Shown here: positions 56,858 to 64,000 of the stretch, piece by piece
Layout: every line of letters starts with the position of its first letter
Position numbering within the stretch: position 1 is the first letter of the stretch
Assembly: GCA_030765235.1 (NCBI GenBank)
Contig: JAVCCW010000029.1
Coordinates: forward strand, 311,666-375,665
Source: Candidatus Gorgyraea atricola
GTDB taxonomy: Bacteria > Omnitrophota > Gorgyraeia > Gorgyraeales > Gorgyraeaceae
Direction: 5' to 3'
DNA length: 64,000 nucleotides
Program-made: the position numbers and the translations under genes
The notes under the pieces: model-generated
The model's database searches: none
The model's input: only the letters and a program-made list of their open reading frames with translations
Told to the model about the DNA's origin: nothing

Positions 56858-57343
56858 ATGGCTGAGATGAATCTGAAAAAACAACAGATAGAATATATAG
56901 GCGTAGGCGCTCTTGTGCTTGTGGCGCTTTTAATCGGCCTTACAAGGTTTAAGAAGGGCGACAACAATGACGAGGTTTTTTCCAGAAAGGAATTTAATGA
57001 GAAGTGGGCCGAGGTAGAGGTATTAGAGGCAAAGGTTCCGGAAGAGGAAAGCGGCGTGGCTTATTTAGCTGGAACAGGAAGGGTGCCGTTCAAGAGTCCA
57101 TTGGAGGAAGAGGCAGTAAGCGTGGAAGATGAAAGCGCGATTCTTCCTGAGATGAAGTTTCAGGGCATGGTGTGGAGCAGCATAAGGCCGCAGGCTATAA
57201 TAGATGATAAACTTTATGATGTGGATGATGTAATAGAGGTAGGTCTGGGAGAGACCAAATCTCAAGTTAAAATTAAAGATATTACCAGGACTGGAATACG
57301 TTTAAGGTTTAAGGGTAAAGATTTTATTGTTAGGCCCAAATAA
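56858..57343 (+). CDS. PilP/GspB-like protein
   Basis: TM, R.PF, QGMVWS..PQAIID..Y.V.D. Confidence 0.68.
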   Translation: MAEMNLKKQQIEYIGVGALVLVALLIGLTRFKKGDNNDEVFSRKEFNEKWAEVEVLEAKVPEEESGVAYLAGTGRVPFKSPLEEEAVSVEDESAILPEMKFQGMVWSSIRPQAIIDDKLYDVDDVIEVGLGETKSQVKIKDITRTGIRLRFKGKDFIVRPK

Positions 57344-57357
57344 CAAAGGAGGTCATT

Positions 57358-58746
57358 ATGAAGATAGTAAGACTTATCATCGCCATTATATTTAGTATTT
57401 TTATGTCATCATCTTCGATTGCTGCGAAAGTAGGGGCAAGTCCTGGAAACCTGATTTCCATGGATTTTCAGGATGCAAATCTAAAGACTGTCCTTAAGTT
57501 ATTTTCACAACAATCAGGACTTAATTTTGTCGCAGGCCAGAATATAAAGGCCAGGACAGTCACGATTTATTTTGATGGTGTCACAGTGGAAGATGCCTTG
57601 AATCATATTATGAGCGCAAATAACCTTGTCTATGAACAAGAGCCTGGCAGTAATATATTTATAGTCAAGGAATCCGTGAAACCAAAGGTCGAGACATTGA
57701 CTAAGATATACGAGTTAAAGTATGCGCAGTTAGCACCTCCTCCGACAGAAGCAGGGGAATCAAAACAGGACGCGGAGATAGTTAAAGTTATAGAGGACAT
57801 TCTGAGTAAAGATGGCAAGGTTATAGCTGATAAAAGATCCAACAGCCTTATTATAAAGGAGATGCCGAGCCAGTTTGCTATTATTGAGGATGTGCTGGCA
57901 AGGCTTGATGTAAGGACATCTCAGGTCATGATAGAGGTGGAGATAATAGAGACTACAACAACTGTTGCTGATAGATTGGGCATACAATGGTCAGGTACGT
58001 TTGGTGCATACGCAGGTCCTGCGTTGACTACCAGGTGGCCTTTAAAGGGAGCGCTTGTAGATAAGGATCTTATCACAGGAACTGGCGGCACCATGACTTT
58101 CGCTAGTACTACTGCTACGATGAGGGCTATATTGAGCGATACAGATTCCAGAGTTTTGGCAAGACCCAAAATACTTACATTGAATAATGAAACAGCATTG
58201 ATAGAACTTACTGCTCAGACAGCTGTTGCCAGTATGACGAGTACTACAGATACTGGCTCTACGTCAACCACATCCACTCAGGCAGAGAGGATAGATACAG
58301 GCATAACATTAGAGGTCACACCACAGATAAATAAAGGTGGTTATATCACTATGCATATAGAGCCCACTGTTATAGTGCCAGTATTGTCAACGTATTTCAC
58401 GACAGAAGGCAGCAAATTTGTAGATCCACAGAAAAGAAGCGCGAAGACTACGGTTATGGTCAGGGATGGCGAGACCATTATTATAGGAGGCTTGATATCC
58501 AGGGAAGATAGCTATGGAAAGACCAAGATCCCGTTTCTTGGGGATCTACCTTTAATAGGAGCTGCATTTCGTTATAAATCCAAGGATGAATTAGATAAAG
58601 AACTCTTGATATTTATCACACCTCATGTAGCGGATGACAGCGCATATAAGCTGGCAAATATCTCTGAGCGCGAACAGGAAAAACCAAAGGCTGTGAGAGA
58701 AAAAGAGATAAAGACGATATTAGATCTATTAGGGGAAGAAAAATAG
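57358..58746 (+). CDS. pilQ: Secretin (PilQ/GspD family)
   Basis: STN-like ISMDFQDA, D.RSN.L, QVMIE, GITLEVTPQI, IIIGGLI, IPFLGDLPLIG, ELLIFITP. Confidence 0.92.
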   Translation: MKIVRLIIAIIFSIFMSSSSIAAKVGASPGNLISMDFQDANLKTVLKLFSQQSGLNFVAGQNIKARTVTIYFDGVTVEDALNHIMSANNLVYEQEPGSNIFIVKESVKPKVETLTKIYELKYAQLAPPPTEAGESKQDAEIVKVIEDILSKDGKVIADKRSNSLIIKEMPSQFAIIEDVLARLDVRTSQVMIEVEIIETTTTVADRLGIQWSGTFGAYAGPALTTRWPLKGALVDKDLITGTGGTMTFASTTATMRAILSDTDSRVLARPKILTLNNETALIELTAQTAVASMTSTTDTGSTSTTSTQAERIDTGITLEVTPQINKGGYITMHIEPTVIVPVLSTYFTTEGSKFVDPQKRSAKTTVMVRDGETIIIGGLISREDSYGKTKIPFLGDLPLIGAAFRYKSKDELDKELLIFITPHVADDSAYKLANISEREQEKPKAVREKEIKTILDLLGEEK

Positions 58747-58747
58747 A

Positions 58748-60463
58748 ATGAGAAAGTCCAAGGATAAGTTGGGGCAAATATTACTTAACGAGAAGATCGT
58801 AACCGAGGAGCAGCTTAGAAAGGCCGTCGAGGTACAAAGGAAGGAAGGCGCAAAACTCGGTGACGTTCTGGTAAATCTTGGGCTTGTATCTGAAAAAGAT
58901 ATTGTGGTTGCGCTGGCAAAACAGTTAGCTATACCTTACGCGTCTTACTCTAAGGGACTCCTCAAGCCTACGGAAGGCCAGGATCTTGAAAAAGTAATAC
59001 CTGAAGAATATGCCCGCAGGCACATGCTTCTGCCTATTTCAAAACACCTGGATTCTCTTACCATTGCTTTTGTTGATCCTTTGGATTTAATTGCAATAGA
59101 CAATCTCAGACACATGACAGGATGCGAAATAAATCCTATTATAGCGACAAAATCCGATCTTCAGAGGGCCATCGACGAATTTTACGGAAGAGAGGACTTG
59201 CTTAAGGACGCAATAAGCGGTTCGTATGACCTCGAGGAATTTAAGACAGAAAAAATAAAAGAAGAAGATAATCTCAGCCTTGATGATTTGATCGCGCGCG
59301 CAGAAGAGGCGCCAGTGGTCAAGCTGGTCGATCTATTGCTTATGCAGGCCATAAAAGACAGGGTGAGTGATATACATATAGAGCCGTTTATGAACAAGAT
59401 AAATATAAGATACAGGATCGACGGCGTGCTTTATGAAATACCGCCTCCGGCAAAACATCTTATTTCTGCCATTGTTTCAAGGGTAAAGATACTGGCTAAT
59501 CTTGATATAGCAGAGAGGCGGCTTCCTCAGGACGGGGCGTTTTTAGTAAAGGTAGAGAACAAGGGCATTGATATACGTGTTTCAACAGTACCTGCTATCT
59601 ACGGCGAAAAGGTCGTTATGAGGATACTGGATAAGTCAGCGACTCCTTTGGATTTAAATCGCCTTGGCTTTGAGCCAAAGGCGCTTGAGAATTTTAAAAA
59701 GGCTATAAAGAGTCCGCATGGTTTGATCCTGGTGACAGGTCCGACAGGAAGCGGAAAGACCACCACACTTTATGCTGCCTTAAATGAGATCAAGAGTCCG
59801 CGTCAGAATATTTCTACGGTCGAGGATCCTGTGGAATATAAGATCGAGGGTATAAATCAGGTCCAGATAAAACCTTCTATAGGTCTGACATTCGCTGCTG
59901 CGCTCAGGGCATTTTTAAGGCAGGACCCTGATGTTATAATGGTAGGAGAGGTGAGAGATCTTGAGACTGCTCAGATATGCATACGGGCATCACTTACAGG
60001 ACATCTTGTTTTAAGCACGCTCCATACCAATGATGCGCCTAGCGCTATATCAAGGCTAATAGATATAGGTATCGAACCTTACTTGATAAGCTCTTCTTTG
60101 CTTGTTGTAGGCGCGCAAAGACTAGTGAGAAAATTGTGCCCTGAATGCAAGGAGGCGTATGAAACTCCGCCCAATCTAATAAGAGACTTTAAGCTAAAAC
60201 AGGAACTTTTATATAAGCCAAAGGGTTGTGCTGCGTGTAGTCACACAGGTTACAGGGGAAGGATAGCTATTTATGAGGTAATATTACTCAATGATAGACT
60301 AAAGGAATTAGTTTCAAAGGGCGCAGGCCTGGGCGAACTTAAGAAGGTAGTCAGGGAGATGGGCATAAGATCTCTTGTAGATAGCGGTATTGAAAAAGTA
60401 GAAGCCGGAGTTACCAGTATAGAGGAAGTATTGAGTATAGCAATGGTGGCAGGGGGAGAATAA
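58748..60463 (+). CDS. pilB: Type IV pilus assembly ATPase PilB/GspE
   Basis: SDIHIEP, GPTGSGKTTT, EDPVE, LRQDPD, GHLVLSTLHTN, tetra-Cys; N-terminal MshEN-like repeats. Confidence 0.95.
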   Translation: MRKSKDKLGQILLNEKIVTEEQLRKAVEVQRKEGAKLGDVLVNLGLVSEKDIVVALAKQLAIPYASYSKGLLKPTEGQDLEKVIPEEYARRHMLLPISKHLDSLTIAFVDPLDLIAIDNLRHMTGCEINPIIATKSDLQRAIDEFYGREDLLKDAISGSYDLEEFKTEKIKEEDNLSLDDLIARAEEAPVVKLVDLLLMQAIKDRVSDIHIEPFMNKINIRYRIDGVLYEIPPPAKHLISAIVSRVKILANLDIAERRLPQDGAFLVKVENKGIDIRVSTVPAIYGEKVVMRILDKSATPLDLNRLGFEPKALENFKKAIKSPHGLILVTGPTGSGKTTTLYAALNEIKSPRQNISTVEDPVEYKIEGINQVQIKPSIGLTFAAALRAFLRQDPDVIMVGEVRDLETAQICIRASLTGHLVLSTLHTNDAPSAISRLIDIGIEPYLISSSLLVVGAQRLVRKLCPECKEAYETPPNLIRDFKLKQELLYKPKGCAACSHTGYRGRIAIYEVILLNDRLKELVSKGAGLGELKKVVREMGIRSLVDSGIEKVEAGVTSIEEVLSIAMVAGGE

Positions 60464-60475
60464 GGAGCGCAAGAT

Positions 60476-61699
60476 ATGCCGTTTTTCAAGTATGTAGCGC
60501 GGGATAAAACTGGGAAGTTGACAGAGGAGACTATAGAGGCTGCTTCTGAAGCAGCACTCTTGAATTCATTACAGGCAAGAGGGCTTTTTGTTGTTTCTAT
60601 TGGCTCAGCTGCACAAGTAAAGCATGTAAAAAAGATGAAAAGGCGTTATCATCGCGGGGTCAAGACAGCTGATCTCATAATGTTCTCTAAGGAGCTGGCC
60701 ACGCTTTTAAGTGCAGGAGTGACTCTTATAAAGAGCCTGGATATATTATGCAAGCAGATAGAGTCGCAGCTTTTGCTGAGGGCCGTGGAAACTATAAAAA
60801 AGGATGTTGAAGGAGGTTATACATTTCAGAATGCATTAAGGAAGCACAACAAGATCTTTTCTGAGTTTTGGATCCATCTTGTTGAGACAGGAGAGGCCAG
60901 CGGTCATTTGCCTGTCAGCCTTGAACAGCTCGCAGGATACCTGGAAGAGAGCGCGTCGCTAAAAAGAAAGATCACATCGGCCATGATCTATCCAATAATA
61001 CTTATTTGTGTTGCAGTTGGCGCTATAGCGATATTTTTACTCAAGATCATCCCTATATTTTCTGAGATATTCAAGGGGTTTAACGTTGAGTTACCTTTAC
61101 TTACTCAAATGGTGATCATGGCGAGCAATATTGCGAGAAAGTATTTTTTAATCGTCGCTGGGATGGTGGTGGCACTATTTTTTATTCTCAAGAAATATGT
61201 ATCTACAAAAGCAGGGAGATGGCAGTTTGACAGTATTAAGCTAAAATTGCCTTTGATAGGACCGTTAATACAAGAGATAGCAACGGAGAGATTTGCAAGC
61301 GGCCTGGCAACTCTTCTTAAGAGCGGGGTTCCTATATTGCATGCCCTTGAGATCGCTGAAAAGACAGCAGGTAATAAATTAATGGAACAAGCGCTTAGAG
61401 ACGTAAAGACATCTGTAAGGGATGGTAAGGGCATGGCGCAGACCATGCAGGAGAGTGCCTTATTTTCTCCGCTTGTGGTTCAGATGATAGGTGTGGGGGA
61501 GGAGATAGGGGAGCTAGGCAAGATGCTGGACAGGATATCCGCATTCTATAAAGAACGGGTCAATACCTTTATTACGAGACTTACAACGATGTTTGAACCA
61601 CTGGTCCTGGTTTTTATGGGTATAGTGGTAGGTGTTCTTGTCGTGGCAATGTTTCTGCCCATATTCGGCATATCCAGCGCTATAAAAAGCTCTGGTTGA
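60476..61699 (+). CDS. pilC: Inner-membrane platform protein PilC/GspF
   Basis: GEASG.L, AMIYP, GEE.G.L, EP....M. Confidence 0.94.
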   Translation: MPFFKYVARDKTGKLTEETIEAASEAALLNSLQARGLFVVSIGSAAQVKHVKKMKRRYHRGVKTADLIMFSKELATLLSAGVTLIKSLDILCKQIESQLLLRAVETIKKDVEGGYTFQNALRKHNKIFSEFWIHLVETGEASGHLPVSLEQLAGYLEESASLKRKITSAMIYPIILICVAVGAIAIFLLKIIPIFSEIFKGFNVELPLLTQMVIMASNIARKYFLIVAGMVVALFFILKKYVSTKAGRWQFDSIKLKLPLIGPLIQEIATERFASGLATLLKSGVPILHALEIAEKTAGNKLMEQALRDVKTSVRDGKGMAQTMQESALFSPLVVQMIGVGEEIGELGKMLDRISAFYKERVNTFITRLTTMFEPLVLVFMGIVVGVLVVAMFLPIFGISSAIKSSG

Positions 61700-61717
61700 C
61701 ATAAAAAGAAAAAAGAT

Positions 61718-61745
61718 TTGACTTAATACTGTTTTAATGTATACT
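61718..61745 (+). promoter_or_regulatory. Putative promoter of the pilin array
   Basis: TTGACT-16 nt-TATACT. Confidence 0.55.
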
Positions 61746-61774
61746 TTATTTATAAAAACGAAAGGGGGAGTAAC

Positions 61775-62197
61775 ATGAGAAGTAAAGGTTTTACGCTGGT
61801 AGAAGTATTGATAGTCGTTATCATCATAGGTATCCTCGCTGCCATAGGCATACCGCAGTTTTCAGCTGCTATGGAAAAAGCAAAAGGCGGTGAGGCAAGG
61901 GCAGGCCTGGGGCATATACAGACCGCAGAAAAGATTTATTTTGCAGAAAACGACGCATATATTGGTGAACTTGGGGATACTAGTCTAGATTCATTACCGA
62001 TCAGTGCCTTAGATTTGACTTTGACTCAGAAATACTGGACCTTTACAATTGACGTACCAGGCGAGAATGAAGATGGCGGTGCAACTGGCTACACGGCAAC
62101 TGCGACAAGGAAAGGTGGATCCACAGCCTATCAAAATGACACTATTATGATGGACAACACCGGAGAGATAGGCGGAACTTGGGATTTTATTAATTAG
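61775..62197 (+). CDS. Type IV pilin 1
   Basis: KG|FTLVEVLIVVIIIGILAAIGIP. Confidence 0.94.
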   Translation: MRSKGFTLVEVLIVVIIIGILAAIGIPQFSAAMEKAKGGEARAGLGHIQTAEKIYFAENDAYIGELGDTSLDSLPISALDLTLTQKYWTFTIDVPGENEDGGATGYTATATRKGGSTAYQNDTIMMDNTGEIGGTWDFIN

Positions 62198-62261
62198 GGT
62201 ATGTTAAATAGGGCATGATCCGTTCTCAAACAACGGGGCATGTTATGCAAGGAGAAAGATT

Positions 62262-62675
62262 ATGACAAAAAGAGGTTTTACCCTTTTAGAGGTTCTTATT
62301 GTCGTTATCATCATAGGTATACTTGCTGCGATTGCCTTGCCACAGTATACAAGCACCCTTGAGAAGGCAAAATCAGCCGAAGCCTTAACTGGATTAGGGT
62401 CTCTTAGGAGCTCTATGGATCGATATTGGTATGATCAGATGGCTACATCTGCATATACGCAGTTAAGCGGCGCTGCCGGGGTAGATAGTTTAGATGTGGA
62501 GGTTGATGTTACAACGTGGACTTATACTATAGATGATGCCGGCGATACAGACGGCAGAGATTATGTTATACAGGCAACTAAAGGTGATTTTTGGATAGAT
62601 ATAGATGAAGACGGGAATACTGCCAAGTCTACGAATTTGGGAGGGGATGGTACTGGGTTAAGTACAGGCAGCTAA
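62262..62675 (+). CDS. Type IV pilin 2
   Basis: RG|FTLLEVLIVVIIIGILAAIALP. Confidence 0.94.
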   Translation: MTKRGFTLLEVLIVVIIIGILAAIALPQYTSTLEKAKSAEALTGLGSLRSSMDRYWYDQMATSAYTQLSGAAGVDSLDVEVDVTTWTYTIDDAGDTDGRDYVIQATKGDFWIDIDEDGNTAKSTNLGGDGTGLSTGS

Positions 62676-62693
62676 AAAAGAGCCAATTGATAT

Positions 62694-63101
62694 ATGAAGA
62701 TTAAGTGGCGCAGGATAGGTTTTACGCTTACGGAATTATTGATCGTAGTGATAATAATCGGAGTGCTGGCGACCCTGGCACTTCCGATGCTTGTCAAGAC
62801 ACTTGAAAAGGCAAAGGTCGGAGAGGCGATAAGCAATTTAAATCTCATAAGGACAGGACAAAAAGTCTATTATCTGGAATATGGGCAATTTTCCGATACT
62901 GTAGGCCGTTTGAATATAGAAAATCCAAATAGTGCAGCAACTAGCTATTTTGATTATACCGTTGAAGACTCGGATAGTTCTGATTTTACTGCAAGGGCTC
63001 AAAGAAAGAGTGACGCCCCATCTCCCTACAGCACGTATTATTATGAAATAGGTAAGAACGGTACAGTTAGTTCCGAACCAACCCCTGGCAACCCCTTTTA
63101 A
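62694..63101 (+). CDS. Type IV pilin 3
   Basis: G|FTLTELLIVVIIIGVLATLALP. Confidence 0.93.
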   Translation: MKIKWRRIGFTLTELLIVVIIIGVLATLALPMLVKTLEKAKVGEAISNLNLIRTGQKVYYLEYGQFSDTVGRLNIENPNSAATSYFDYTVEDSDSSDFTARAQRKSDAPSPYSTYYYEIGKNGTVSSEPTPGNPF

Positions 63102-63111
63102 GTAATCAATA

Positions 63112-63480
63112 ATGAACAATAAAGGTTTTACCCTTACAGAGATCATAGTAGCGGTGCTCATTATAGTCATCGCGTCAACTGGTCTATTGGGAGCGTTTTT
63201 TGGAGGGCAACAGATAATGGAGCGTTCATGGCACAGGATGCAGGCGTTGAATTTTGCAATAGAGGCACATGAGAAGTTAAGGGCCGGTTATAATTACAAT
63301 GATTCTGAAATGTCTGTGGGTGCCCATACAGAGGCAGACATAGGGACTGTTCTAAAAGGAGATCTCGCGGACTCAGATCTGAGCGCAGTTCTTACCTATG
63401 ATGTAATAGCAGAACCAGAACCAGCAAGCTATAAGGAAGTGGCTATAAATGTCAGCTGGGACGAGAGGAGTTTTGAATAA
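63112..63480 (+). CDS. Minor pilin (PilV-like)
   Basis: KG|FTLTEII; C-terminal V.I.VSW. Confidence 0.88.
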   Translation: MNNKGFTLTEIIVAVLIIVIASTGLLGAFFGGQQIMERSWHRMQALNFAIEAHEKLRAGYNYNDSEMSVGAHTEADIGTVLKGDLADSDLSAVLTYDVIAEPEPASYKEVAINVSWDERSFE

Positions 63481-64000
63481 AAAGGGGCTTACCTTAATAG
63501 AAGTCATACTGTCAATGGCCCTTTTGAGTATTATATTTCTGGCAGTGTCTTCTTTGTATGTTGCCAATCACAGGTTCTACCTTACTGCAAATGATAAGGT
63601 AAACATAAACTATGAATTGCAATACGCCTTTCAGCATATTTATGAGAATGTGATCACTGGGATAGGAGATAAGAATAACCTTGCCGTAGACATACAGGCA
63701 GGAAACCTCGAATTTAGTGTTCGGCAGATAGATGATATCGACCCGGACGCGCCGCCCACGTATAACGACTATGATGATGATTTAGATGTAGGCTATAAGA
63801 TCGACAGCGCTGCCAAGACTCTTTTATTTGACAGTGATGACGATGGCGTTTATGAAGAGTCTCTTGTTCCTACCATTGATATCCTTGGTACTGGCGGGCT
63901 GTCCAGTTTTACCTTAGAGGATAATGTGCTCATAATCAAGCTGACAGGCGAATCCAAGACATCAGTGGGAGACACAAAACAGCGCCTGACCATGTACTCT
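63473..64000 (+). CDS. Minor pilin (PilW-like), running off the window end; not in the ORF track
   Basis: TTG 63473 after GAGGAG; NKKG|LTLIEVILSMALLSIIF; frame open to the window end. Confidence 0.85.
   Translation, partial: MNKKGLTLIEVILSMALLSIIFLAVSSLYVANHRFYLTANDKVNINYELQYAFQHIYENVITGIGDKNNLAVDIQAGNLEFSVRQIDDIDPDAPPTYNDYDDDLDVGYKIDSAAKTLLFDSDDDGVYEESLVPTIDILGTGGLSSFTLEDNVLIIKLTGESKTSVGDTKQRLTMYS

Noticed and set aside
62198-62261. Small hairpin between pilins as an inversion or recombination site
   Set aside because: The stem is short and imperfect, has no second copy, and no recombinase is present.
430-63567. All minus-strand ORFs and short alternative-frame plus-strand ORFs in the track
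   Set aside because: They shadow well-supported + strand genes or are translations of repeats (e.g. 47330-47704, 48766-49005, 52575-52769), and none has a recognisable motif.

Overview
Chromosomal window of a diderm bacterium. Gene content and style suggest Omnitrophota/PVC, which is an inference only. Every credible gene is on the + strand. It holds a gap-[glgA-fic-GH57]-pgk-tpiA-secG block, an Opp/Dpp ABC transporter, glgC, leuCDB-asd-truA, a lipid-salvage block, rplM-rpsI, a long arg-lys(dapL)-fol-pan-nad cluster, uvrA, and a TPR-ExbBD-TonB plus type IV pilus/T2SS-like cluster with at least five pilins. No rRNA, tRNA, CRISPR array, transposase or integrase was seen. Three unexplained layers stand out. 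(1) Three island genes have a signal peptide followed by an 'LRP' motif and unrelated cargo, one of which is a normally cytoplasmic nucleotidyltransferase; these are candidate polymorphic exported effectors. (2) There is a dense, partly nested set of small repeats (7-nt tandem units, CCTG- and GTAG-footed hairpins, MITE-like elements), several translated in frame inside housekeeping enzymes. (3) Third-codon-position composition flips sharply from A/C to G/T at many insertion-prone gene junctions. All counts were made by hand and no database searches were run.
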